Positions 10,501 to 18,357 of a stretch of DNA of 25,472 nucleotides are shown here, piece by piece. The stretch spans positions 1 through 25,472 of IMG/VR virus record IMGVR_UViG_3300027808_000150; one strand, 5' to 3'. Each line of letters begins with the position of its first letter. Positions within the stretch are counted from its first letter, which is position 1. The notes under the pieces were generated by a model, which did no database searches, was not told the origin of the DNA, and saw only the letters and a list, made by a program, of their open reading frames with translations. Made by a program: the position numbers and the translations under genes. This stretch comes from a virus (Duplodnaviria > Caudoviricetes).

Positions 10501-11817
10501 ACAGTAACAAACGGATTGTATTCAAGTGAATCATATGCCAATCCATCTTTTATAACAAGTCTCGCAAGTACAAAAATTACTGGTACTATTGCTGATAGTC
10601 AATTGAATAATTCTGGTGTAGGTGCAACAGGTTATGGCACAGCAAGTTCAATACCAAAATTTGTTGTTGATGCAAAGGGTAGAATTACTAGTGCATCTAA
10701 CGTTGCAATTCAAATTGCAACTTCACAGATTACTGGTTATCCAACCTTTGCAACATCTGCTACAACAGATACAACCAGTGCAACTAACATTACTTCAGGC
10801 ACCTTACCTGAAGCTAGAATACCAACAACAACAGTGACAGCTGGTTCATATGGTAGTTCATCTTCAGTTGCAACCTTCACTGTCGATTCAAAGGGTAGGT
10901 TGACTACTGCTGGTTCATCACAAATTTCAATTACCAGGTCACAAATTTCCGACTTTCCAACCATTACAGATGCAACTAATGCAAGTAACATTACATCAGG
11001 AACATTGGCTGATGCAAGACTACCATCAGGCCTAGCAAAATTATCTGGTGCAGCATTTACAGGCGAAACAACTGTTACTGGCGGCGGCAAAATTATATTA
11101 GGAGTAGATGGTGATATTACTGCATATAGAACCGGAGATACAACTGGTGCCATTTACTTAAACAAGGCAAAAAATCGTTACTTATACAACAACGGCACAC
11201 AGTATGAATTGCCTAGCCAGGCACTTTTAATAAATGGTTCTCAAGCAATAACTTTGGCAGTTGGTGGTATTGTTACTGGCAGCCAAAATTTCCGAAGTGA
11301 TTCGAGTGTTGGCACAGCAAGCCAATCAGGAACATTAGCAGCTTACGGTAACAACGGTGCTATAGGTACAAACCATGCAACTATGTCCTTCCACAGACCA
11401 GGTTCATTTGCGATTAATATGGGTCTAGATAATGATAACATCTTTAGAATTGGTGGATGGTCGGATGGATTAAACTCTTATAGAATGACATTAGACACTA
11501 ATGGTAGTGCTGTGTTTAGAAACAACGTTACTGCTTATTCTGATGCAAGATTAAAAACAAATGTTGAAACAATTACAAATGCTTTAGACACTGTATCAAA
11601 GATGCGTGGTGTTACTTATGAAAGAATTGATTCAGGCACAAAGGGTGTTGGTGTCATTGCACAAGAAATGAAGGAAGTATTACCTGAAGTTGTCATGGAG
11701 GCCTCAAGTGAAGATGAATTTATGTCAGTAGCTTATGGTAATATTGTTGGTGTTTTGATTGAAGCCATTAAAGAACTTAAAGCAGAAATTGAAGTATTAA
11801 AAGGACAGAATAAATGA
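7582..11817 (+). CDS. Long tail fibre/spike protein with C-terminal peptidase S74 intramolecular chaperone
   Basis: 1411 aa, rich in T/S/N/G. Has 11/22-aa repeat shaft and VDxKGRxTxA repeats. C-terminal SDARLKTNV...ALD.V.KMRGVTY...GVIAQE...VLPEVV...VAYGNIVGVLIEAIKEL (11539-11814) is the S74 signature. Confidence 0.88.
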   Translation: MANTVTSLNYANTFGHWLTATSALIAENNTLAKDNYVKDSGTIYLSEGTLTALQSNGNVVIQKSLSVQGVGSSATVQNDLTVERQGRFTNTELSLVASGSANVANVLNVLGSGFGLKVANNARVGGDLYVGGNLDLNILEARQKVNTETLSVTGTSYTSKLQSNNQVVTGVLTANTYIYTSRLQSNTSITTTEIQANTVINAATISITTGIFGNSVQANSSVNTSNASIVHTLHTNRLQANSSVNTSNASVVNTLYAKFLVANSTIVVPEAFITGNSFVSNSSFVTGSTYSTDVFASNTVFSNVIYANTLYLQNNSLTVGNTNSTSFFASSNITTPTLHSINSFGDYLTANLHIYTPSIDVEGTTLTQTVQANSSMNTSNSSVVNTSWTKNLIANTLITTAAIAVTGKTHTNTLQANTSANTETISVTQRALIDQVQANTSVNTQILSVSTTAFANRLEANSIVFTPLLNVTANTFTNRLQSNVSVNTATMSVTQKIDANDASVFVGNLQTVGQLSVGGNFIINGATIYNSNVFTINAGSNEGQFSSIVVNRGQTGANGEIRWNETEEYWDIYETNSGNYYRILTDEHLSDVLTSTSSLGVASSLAANTLNERIETANTFLQNRFTLSSSFANGAFVRANSSYTAQNTTASFANAAFIHANAAFESANNVAPQVAPAFAQANAAFTKANSVISSIRGTTGSISASAAGITLKSNNGIIIFATNDNDTGNTLSISTSQDLTTTGSPTFAALSLTTPLQVGQGGTGTSSYASLFGLTVTAAAGSGAAGKVLGTDGAGGYSWVTGGTGEGGGGTQPGSRISSSRLSYTGDSLTTKFTTPTFSVGTQLRTYINGVRQLESEYFAFTSNSIVQFTSAPVTGDKILVEVDGYAVYEYFANNIVYGPASGDMVGSTIQDAIDNLETRKMPIIGGTFTGRVNGLTMPINLGSNTVFATTAYVTNHANSGYTLTHSITGNAGTVTNGLYSSESYANPSFITSLASTKITGTIADSQLNNSGVGATGYGTASSIPKFVVDAKGRITSASNVAIQIATSQITGYPTFATSATTDTTSATNITSGTLPEARIPTTTVTAGSYGSSSSVATFTVDSKGRLTTAGSSQISITRSQISDFPTITDATNASNITSGTLADARLPSGLAKLSGAAFTGETTVTGGGKIILGVDGDITAYRTGDTTGAIYLNKAKNRYLYNNGTQYELPSQALLINGSQAITLAVGGIVTGSQNFRSDSSVGTASQSGTLAAYGNNGAIGTNHATMSFHRPGSFAINMGLDNDNIFRIGGWSDGLNSYRMTLDTNGSAVFRNNVTAYSDARLKTNVETITNALDTVSKMRGVTYERIDSGTKGVGVIAQEMKEVLPEVVMEASSEDEFMSVAYGNIVGVLIEAIKELKAEIEVLKGQNK

Positions 11818-12806
11818 CAACAAAGATAACGCCATCAGTACTAGCAAACACAGCAGTGACTGCTGGTACCTATGGTGATGCCACACAAATACCAACAATT
11901 GTAACTGATGCTCAAGGTAGAATTACATCAGCGTCACAACAGGCTGTTGCAATAACTACAAGTCAAGTAACGTCCGGTACATTTGTTGATGCTAGATTAG
12001 CTAATTCTGGTGTAGCTGCAACAGGTTATGGTACAGCAAGTTCTGTTCCAAAATTTAACGTAGATGCAAAAGGCAGAATTACTAGTGTCGTTAATACTGC
12101 AATTCAAATAGCAACTTCACAGATTACTGGTTATCCAACCTTCGTTGCATCAGCAACCACGGATACTACAGTTGCTGATAACATTACATCAGGTACCTTA
12201 CCTGCGGCTAGATTACCAACAACAGCAGTGACCGTTGGAACATATGGTTCCTCAGCTGGTTCCGCATACTCAAGATTTGTAGTAGATTCTTATGGTAGAA
12301 TTACATCAGCAGCTAACGTTACAATATCAATATCATCTTCACAAGTTACTGGTTTGGCCACATCAGCAACGACAGACACAACAGATGCAGCTAATATAAA
12401 CACAGGATTTTTACCATCTGCTAGACTAACTATAACAGGTGTAACGGCTGGCTCACTTGGGTCACAAGCCTTTGTGCCAAGATTCACCGTTGACAACAGA
12501 GGTAGACTTACTTCAGCAAACAATATTGCAATTTTAATTAATGCATCAGCTGTTGCAGGTTTAGCCTCAGTGGCCACATCAGGTTCTTACTTTGATTTAT
12601 CAGATAAACCATCTATTCCTACCACAATAAATACATTAACCACTGGTTATCCGATTGGTTCAATTTATATGAACGGATTAAACAGTGCTAATCCAAATAC
12701 ATTTTTTGGTTTTGGTACCTGGGTAGCAGTTACCAACACAGCCTTTGCCACAGCAAATACAACACCAGACATTGATCCGTTATATGTTTGGATGCGAACC
12801 GCATAA
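11814..12806 (+). CDS. Short fibre protein with four (A/V)GxYG...VDxxGRxTSA repeats and a reduced T4 gp10-like C-terminal domain
   Basis: 330 aa. ATGA overlap with the upstream stop. Ends YPIGSIYMN...NP..FFGFGTW...LYVWMRTA, resembling the gp10 C-terminal motif. Confidence 0.75.
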   Translation: MTTKITPSVLANTAVTAGTYGDATQIPTIVTDAQGRITSASQQAVAITTSQVTSGTFVDARLANSGVAATGYGTASSVPKFNVDAKGRITSVVNTAIQIATSQITGYPTFVASATTDTTVADNITSGTLPAARLPTTAVTVGTYGSSAGSAYSRFVVDSYGRITSAANVTISISSSQVTGLATSATTDTTDAANINTGFLPSARLTITGVTAGSLGSQAFVPRFTVDNRGRLTSANNIAILINASAVAGLASVATSGSYFDLSDKPSIPTTINTLTTGYPIGSIYMNGLNSANPNTFFGFGTWVAVTNTAFATANTTPDIDPLYVWMRTA

Positions 12807-12808
12807 GT

Positions 12809-12816
12809 AATAAATA
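12809..12816 (+). promoter_or_regulatory. T4-type late promoter (NATAAATA)
   Basis: AATAAATA in the 29-bp intergenic gap, 19 nt before the ATG at 12836. The T4 gp55 consensus is TATAAATA. Confidence 0.6.
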
Positions 12817-12835
12817 CCTCTAAAGGGGTTAAAAA

Positions 12836-13177
12836 ATGCCAGCAGGTTATCAAGAATTATTTTTAGAACAAGGTTCAAGCTTCAATACATCAGTAGCATT
12901 GGATGAGGCCGATGGTACACCTTTTCAATTAGTTAATTGCCAAATCAAAGCTGTGATGAAAAAATCTTATTATTCAAGTAACACAACAGCACAATTTGTT
13001 ATAACTATCAATGATCCAACTGAAGGCATTATGATTATGTCTTTACCATATGCAAACACAGCAAATATTTCTGCTGGCAGATACGTATATGATGTTGTTA
13101 TAAAAGATTCTTCTAACAATGTTACGAGAGTCTTAGAAGGAATTGTGAACGTGTTGCCTCAAGTTACTGTATTTTAA
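12836..13177 (+). CDS. Conserved small beta-sandwich virion/adaptor protein
   Basis: 113 aa. L.LEQG.SF...KKSY.S...L....TA.I.AGRYVYDV.I......TRVLEG.V.V.P.VT is a pattern recalled from T4-like phage structural regions. Confidence 0.7.
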   Translation: MPAGYQELFLEQGSSFNTSVALDEADGTPFQLVNCQIKAVMKKSYYSSNTTAQFVITINDPTEGIMIMSLPYANTANISAGRYVYDVVIKDSSNNVTRVLEGIVNVLPQVTVF

Positions 13178-13186
13178 AGGAACATC

Positions 13187-13720
13187 ATGCCAACAGTAAC
13201 AGTCAGACAACCAGCAACCGTTAGGGTAAGAGTAGAAGGACAAAAATCAAGGGTCAAAACTCTATCTTACGGTACACAAACACTTAGAAGTTTAACAGAC
13301 TTATCTTTAACTGGTGCAAACACCGGTGATGTGATAATTTATAACTCACAGACAAAAACATTTAGTGCCAAAGGCCTTGGTACCGATACACCAGTTCATG
13401 GTAGTTTATTACCAACAGAATCAAGAACATTTGACCTTGGTAGTAGAACAAGAAAGTTCCGAAGTCTTTTTCTAAGTGGTAACACTATTGACTTGGATGG
13501 TACAATCATTAAAGCCGAAGCAACAACTGGTGCGCTTTCATTTTCAGCTGCACCAACAGCAGCAAATCCTAATCCGATTGCGCTTGTTGTATCACCGGTT
13601 GGTGGTCTTACACCAGTGCAGACCATTCAAGGTGTGATTCCAGAAGATGCAATTCAACGAGCAGTAGCAAACTCTATAACTTATTTGGCATTCCAGGGTG
13701 TTGATATGGGTTTCTTTTGA
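13187..13720 (+). CDS. Putative fibre adaptor/structural protein
   Basis: 177 aa. RBS AAGGA. L..LTD.....G.VI.YN and LLP......DLGS....FRSLFLSGNTI.L fibre-type motifs. Ends DMGFF. Confidence 0.6.
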   Translation: MPTVTVRQPATVRVRVEGQKSRVKTLSYGTQTLRSLTDLSLTGANTGDVIIYNSQTKTFSAKGLGTDTPVHGSLLPTESRTFDLGSRTRKFRSLFLSGNTIDLDGTIIKAEATTGALSFSAAPTAANPNPIALVVSPVGGLTPVQTIQGVIPEDAIQRAVANSITYLAFQGVDMGFF

Positions 13721-13728
13721 GATAAGTT

Positions 13729-13959
13729 ATGGCAGGATCAAATACAACAATCCAAATACTGCGTTCTTACGCAAACACGGCACCAAGTAATTTGGCTGAC
13801 GGTGAATTGGCATTTTCTTTTCTTTCCAACACACTTTTTATTGGTAGTACCACATTAAATGTGGAAACTCAATTATGGACCAATAATATCGTCAGTATTG
13901 CTGGTCCAGAGTATATTGCTAATGCGCTTAGTATAATTGATGCAGGCAATTTTTCATAA
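13729..13959 (+). CDS. Stand-alone Mtd_N-like (major tropism determinant N-terminal-like) mini-protein
   Basis: 76 aa. IQILRS....P..LADGELA......LFIG, paralogous to the N-terminus of the next gene (FLSNTLFIGS vs YLSNTIFIGS). Ends DAGNFS. Confidence 0.65.
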   Translation: MAGSNTTIQILRSYANTAPSNLADGELAFSFLSNTLFIGSTTLNVETQLWTNNIVSIAGPEYIANALSIIDAGNFS

Positions 13960-13962
13960 ATA
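13955..13962 (+). promoter_or_regulatory. T4-type late promoter (CATAAATA)
   Basis: Overlaps the TAA stop of the 76-aa gene and lies upstream of RBS AAGGA and the ATG at 14005. Confidence 0.6.
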
Positions 13963-14004
13963 GATATAGGATTTAAATCCAACTAATTAAAAAGGATAAT
14001 AATA

Positions 14005-15921
14005 ATGGCCATCGGAAACACCTCAATTCTAATCAAGCGTTCCACCACGCTAGGCACACCAGTAAGCCTAAAAGCTGGTGAACTTGGTTATTCATACCTT
14101 TCAAATACCATATTCATTGGTTCACCATCTGGTACAGGTGTTGTTAATGTTGGTGGTCAATATTATACGTCACAAATTGATGCAGCTACCAGTTCAAATA
14201 CTGTTAGTACAATTGTTAAACGTGATGCAGCTGGTAACGTTTTCTTAGGCCACGCAAACGTTAGAAGCATTAGTTTCTCCGATGGTGGTACATTAAGTAC
14301 TGGTGCTTTCTCAGGTAACGCAAACTCAGCAACACAATTTCAGACCGACAGATATATTGATGTTACTGGTGGCGACATTACTGCTTCTGCACAGTTGTTT
14401 AATGGTACTGCAAATGCAACATTAAGTGCATCACTTAACACTATTGCTGGTCTAACCGCTGGTGTTTATGGTGGTTCAACAGTAATACCTATCATTCAAG
14501 TGTCTGCAAACGGTCGTGTTATGACCATTGCCAATTCGGCAACAATCTCAACAACATTGTCTATTAAAGGCGACACCGGTACAGATTCAGTTAATTTAGT
14601 TGATGACACAATCACTTTCATTGGTGGTGAAGGTATCACATCAGTAGTAACAGACAATGCAGTTTCTTTTGGTGTAGACACTACAGTTGTTCGTGCAAAT
14701 ACTGCATCGTTGAATCAAACGATTGATGGTAATATTACCATCAGTGGTAACCTTGCTGTTCTAGGTGCAGTTACAAAATATGATGTAACAACATTGACAG
14801 TTGAAGATTCATTGATTGGTCTTGCAGCAAACAACACAGGTGATGCAGTCGATATCGGTTTCGTTGGTTCATATAATGATGGATCGGCCCGTTCTGCTGG
14901 TTTGATTCGTCACGCTGGTGATGGTGCATACTATCTATTCGATAATTACACAGGCGATCCAACAAGTAACGTAATTAACGTTGCAGATGGAACCTTCCGC
15001 CAAGCAACTTTAAAATCCAATTTAATTGCAGCATACGCTAATACAACTCAAGCAAACGTTGGAACATTATTTGTTGCTGGCACCGCTGAGATTAATAATC
15101 TCATCTTAGGTACAGATTTAGTAGTATCAAGTGGTGGTACTGGTGCAAGTTCGTTCACAGCTGGTTCTATCCTTGTTGGTGATGGTTCAAACTCATTAAA
15201 ACTACTTGCTAATACAACTTATGTTGAAACTGGTACTGGCGCACAAAATAACACCATTACTTCTGTAACTGTTGATGCATACGGTAGAACAACCGCTGCA
15301 ACATTCAGTCAGATTTCTGGTCTAACAGTTGGCCAAGGTGGTACAGGACAAAGTACATTCAACGCAGGTCAGGTTGTTCTTGGTAACGGCACAGGTGGTC
15401 TAGTATCACAAGCAAACGTTTCTGTTGTAAACGTAAACGTTGCAACTTCAAACACAGTTAACAACATCACGACAGATGTATACGGCCGTGTAACAGGATT
15501 TTCACAACAAGAAATTTCTGGTCTATCAGTTGCTCAAGGCGGTACTGGTGCATCCACATTTACAGCTGGCAGAATGTTGGTTGGCAATGGGGCTGGTGCA
15601 ATTCAGGCAATCGCTAACGTTACATACACATTAACTGGTACACTAGGTGCTGCTAAGACAATCACATCATTGACTGTTGATGAATATGGCCGTGTAAGTG
15701 CTGCAACTGCTTCAGACATTTCTGGTTTGACTGTAACACAAGGCGGTACTGGTGCTTCTACATTCACCACAAACGGTATCGTATTTGGTTCAGGCACTAG
15801 TGCAATGGGTGTTACTGCTGCGGCAGGTACATCAGACCAAACATGGTCTAATCAAATACTTACAGTAACCAACGCAGGTGTTCCTGTTTGGTCATCCGCT
15901 TTGGACGGAGGTCAATTCTAA
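14005..15921 (+). CDS. Fibre protein with Mtd_N-like N-terminus and 67-68-aa repeats
   Basis: 638 aa, G/T/S-rich. Starts ILIKRS....P.SL.AGELGY. Has LxVxxGGTGxSxF and xDxYGR repeats. Ends DGGQF. Confidence 0.78.
   Translation: MAIGNTSILIKRSTTLGTPVSLKAGELGYSYLSNTIFIGSPSGTGVVNVGGQYYTSQIDAATSSNTVSTIVKRDAAGNVFLGHANVRSISFSDGGTLSTGAFSGNANSATQFQTDRYIDVTGGDITASAQLFNGTANATLSASLNTIAGLTAGVYGGSTVIPIIQVSANGRVMTIANSATISTTLSIKGDTGTDSVNLVDDTITFIGGEGITSVVTDNAVSFGVDTTVVRANTASLNQTIDGNITISGNLAVLGAVTKYDVTTLTVEDSLIGLAANNTGDAVDIGFVGSYNDGSARSAGLIRHAGDGAYYLFDNYTGDPTSNVINVADGTFRQATLKSNLIAAYANTTQANVGTLFVAGTAEINNLILGTDLVVSSGGTGASSFTAGSILVGDGSNSLKLLANTTYVETGTGAQNNTITSVTVDAYGRTTAATFSQISGLTVGQGGTGQSTFNAGQVVLGNGTGGLVSQANVSVVNVNVATSNTVNNITTDVYGRVTGFSQQEISGLSVAQGGTGASTFTAGRMLVGNGAGAIQAIANVTYTLTGTLGAAKTITSLTVDEYGRVSAATASDISGLTVTQGGTGASTFTTNGIVFGSGTSAMGVTAAAGTSDQTWSNQILTVTNAGVPVWSSALDGGQF
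15118..15800 (+). repeat. Degenerate coding repeat, about 3.4 units of 201-204 bp
   Basis: LxVxxGGTGxSxF starts at 15118, 15322, 15523 and 15727 (periods of 204, 201 and 204 bp). Confidence 0.85.
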
Positions 15922-15967
15922 GCTGACTATATAATGTAATAGATTTTTTTTATGATAGGAGTTTGAA

Positions 15968-16693
15968 ATGGCAAATGAAAAGTATTTAAATTATTATATT
16001 GAGACATTGACGGCAACAATGACAGACTGTGTTGTCCGAAATGTCTCAATGCAAGCGAATCAAAAAATTACTGATGATGTTGTAAAAGAACAGACTGAAA
16101 AACTTGAAGCATTGGCAAGATCCAATAATGAATTACAAACATTAATTGGAGAATTGGAACAAGCCAATGCAACGAATGAAAGTAGTGTCATACAAGATTT
16201 GAAAAACAAGTTAGACGAAAAGGAAAAACTTGTTGCCAAACAAAGTACCGACATTAATGAATTGACCAATAAACATCGTATTGAACTTGAGGAATTAAAC
16301 ACAAAGTTTAGAGACTATGATAGTGTTAAGAATCAAGCAACACATGTCGAAACGTTTAAAGGTGAATTGATTAGAGCCCGAGAAGAAACTAATAGAGTTC
16401 GAACAGAACTTGAAAATAGAATCAACTCTATGAATGCCGAAACGAATGGAAAAATTCAAGGCATTAATGAAGAAAATGATAAAAATGTTAGAGTGTTGAT
16501 TCAGAGACATGAAACCGAAAAAAGTAATCTAAACAAAAAGATTGCTGAATTGGTTGAAAAAATTGAATACTTACAACTACCTCCTGCCAAACGAAAAAAA
16601 ATTGAAGAACAGCTTAATAAAGAAGTGGCACCAACGACAATAACAAGTTTAGTTGGTGCTGATGGCGAACTCAAGGATGGCGGATCGTTTTAA
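15968..16693 (+). CDS. Long coiled-coil protein, function unknown
   Basis: 241 aa, E/K/N/L-rich heptads. Strong RBS AGGAG at 15957-15961. Ends DGGSF. Confidence 0.75.
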   Translation: MANEKYLNYYIETLTATMTDCVVRNVSMQANQKITDDVVKEQTEKLEALARSNNELQTLIGELEQANATNESSVIQDLKNKLDEKEKLVAKQSTDINELTNKHRIELEELNTKFRDYDSVKNQATHVETFKGELIRAREETNRVRTELENRINSMNAETNGKIQGINEENDKNVRVLIQRHETEKSNLNKKIAELVEKIEYLQLPPAKRKKIEEQLNKEVAPTTITSLVGADGELKDGGSF

Positions 16694-16697
16694 GTAA

Positions 16698-18326
16698 ATG
16701 TCAAACACAGCAATACAGTTAAAAAAATCAGGCGTAACAGGAAACACACCATCAGGTCTTGCATTTGGTGAGGTTGCTCTTAACTACGCCGATGGTAAAC
16801 TGTTTTATAAAAACAGTCTTGGTGGTACATCATACATATCCAACCAATTCTCGTTTGACACAATCAACTCAAACAACTCCCTAATATTTGCGGGAAGTGG
16901 TTCAGACACCTTGTCTTTTGTTGCAGGTAATAATGTTACCATAAGCACAAATACAACCACAAAAACAATCACAATCAATGCGTCAGTATCAGGTGGAAGT
17001 GACCCTGGTCCTGCGTTTGACCGTGCCAATGGTGCATTTGTAACTGCTAACTCAGCAGCCAGCTTTGCCAATGATGCTTTTTTAAGAGCTAATGCATCCT
17101 ATGATTCACAAAATACCACAGCATCGTTTGCCAACGGTGCCTTTGTGGTGGCCAATTCATCAGCAACTTTTGCTAACGGAGCTTTCGATAGAGCCAATGC
17201 GGCCTATAATGCTGCGAATACCGCCACAGACCCGTGGGTAAGAACTCAAGCAAATAATGCTTACGACAAAGCCAATTCAGCTGGTTCATTTGCCAACGGA
17301 GCATTCGATGTTGCCAATTCGGCAGCCAGCTTTGCTAATGGTGCATTCACACAAGCAAATTCTAACTATACAAGTGCTGTAACAAAATTAAATGTAACTC
17401 ATAGTGGTGCTTCAGCATATTTAATTGACCAATATTCAGGTAATAATCCATCAATTTATATTTCAGGTGGTGAAACAATAGCATTCAATCTTGATATATC
17501 TGGTCATCCATTTCTAATTCGTCAATCATCAGGTGGTACTAATATTTCTGATGGATTAACACACGTGTCATCTTCAGGTGTTGTAACAACAGGTTCCAAT
17601 GCTCAAGGAAAAGAATCTGGAATATTATTTTGGAAAGTTCCTTTCTCTTTAGTTGAAAGTACATATGTTTATCAATGCCAATACCATAGTGGTATGGTTG
17701 GAAATATTATTATACAACAACCAGTTTCTTTTGTTGCTAGTAATACAACTTTGGCTTTTTCGCTGGCCAATGGTGCTTTTGATAGAGCCAATTCAGCGGC
17801 ATCATTTGCTAATGGTGCATTTGTAACAGCCAATTCTGGTGCCACGTTTGCTAATGGTGCTTTTGTAACAGCCAATTCTGGTGCATCATTTGCTAATGGT
17901 GCTTTTGATAGAGCCAATTCAGCGGCATCATTTGCTAATGGTTCTTTTGTAACAGCCAATTCTGGTGCCACGTTTGCTAATGGTGCTTTCAATGCAGCTA
18001 ATTCTGGTGCCATGTTTGCTAATGGTGCTTTCAATGCAGCTAATTCTGGTGCCATGTTTGCCAATGGTGCTTTTGATAGAGCCAATGCTGCATATGCATT
18101 TGCAAATACAATTTCTGGAGGTTCTTCGGTTGATAATGTAGCTAGGAATAGTGCAAATTCAGCAGAATTTTTTGCTAATGGTGCCTTTATTACAGCGAAT
18201 TCGGCCGCAAGTTTTGCCAATGGTGCTTTTGATAGAGCCAATGCAGCCTTCGCTAAAGCTAACACAGGAACAACCGCACTCGATGTAAACTCTGATATTG
18301 TTGCCTTCACAATCGCCTTTAGTTGA
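16698..18326 (+). CDS. Fibre protein: Mtd_N-like N-terminus, AN-heptad repeats and inserted cupredoxin-like domain
   Basis: 542 aa. Starts IQLKKS...P..L..GEVALNYADGKLFYK. Has ANSAASFANGAF repeats and GHPF...YQCQYHSGMVG.I.I. Ends DIVAFTIAFS. Confidence 0.78.
   Translation: MSNTAIQLKKSGVTGNTPSGLAFGEVALNYADGKLFYKNSLGGTSYISNQFSFDTINSNNSLIFAGSGSDTLSFVAGNNVTISTNTTTKTITINASVSGGSDPGPAFDRANGAFVTANSAASFANDAFLRANASYDSQNTTASFANGAFVVANSSATFANGAFDRANAAYNAANTATDPWVRTQANNAYDKANSAGSFANGAFDVANSAASFANGAFTQANSNYTSAVTKLNVTHSGASAYLIDQYSGNNPSIYISGGETIAFNLDISGHPFLIRQSSGGTNISDGLTHVSSSGVVTTGSNAQGKESGILFWKVPFSLVESTYVYQCQYHSGMVGNIIIQQPVSFVASNTTLAFSLANGAFDRANSAASFANGAFVTANSGATFANGAFVTANSGASFANGAFDRANSAASFANGSFVTANSGATFANGAFNAANSGAMFANGAFNAANSGAMFANGAFDRANAAYAFANTISGGSSVDNVARNSANSAEFFANGAFITANSAASFANGAFDRANAAFAKANTGTTALDVNSDIVAFTIAFS
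17766..18101 (+). repeat. Coding tandem repeat, 8 x 42 bp (14 aa: ANGAFxx ANSxAxF)
   Basis: Units start at 17766 and every 42 bp to 18060. Units 6 and 7 are identical, and units 1-2 recur almost exactly as units 4-5. Confidence 0.95.
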
Positions 18327-18329
18327 TAG

Positions 18330-18337
18330 AATAAATA
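18330..18337 (+). promoter_or_regulatory. T4-type late promoter (AATAAATA)
   Basis: Intergenic, 20 nt before the ATG at 18358. Confidence 0.55.
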
Positions 18338-18357
18338 AAGGATAATAGGGAATTTAT

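Noticed and set aside
16580-16603. PPAKRKKI resembling a eukaryotic nuclear localisation signal
   Set aside because: A short basic motif in a Lys-rich protein in a bacteriophage context, most likely coincidental.
17766-18101. CRISPR-like regular repeats
   Set aside because: In-frame coding tandem units with no unique spacers and no cas genes.
13729-18326. Complete diversity-generating retroelement suggested by Mtd_N-like domains
   Set aside because: No reverse transcriptase, Avd, C-type-lectin tip or adenine-only TR/VR pair is visible in this window.
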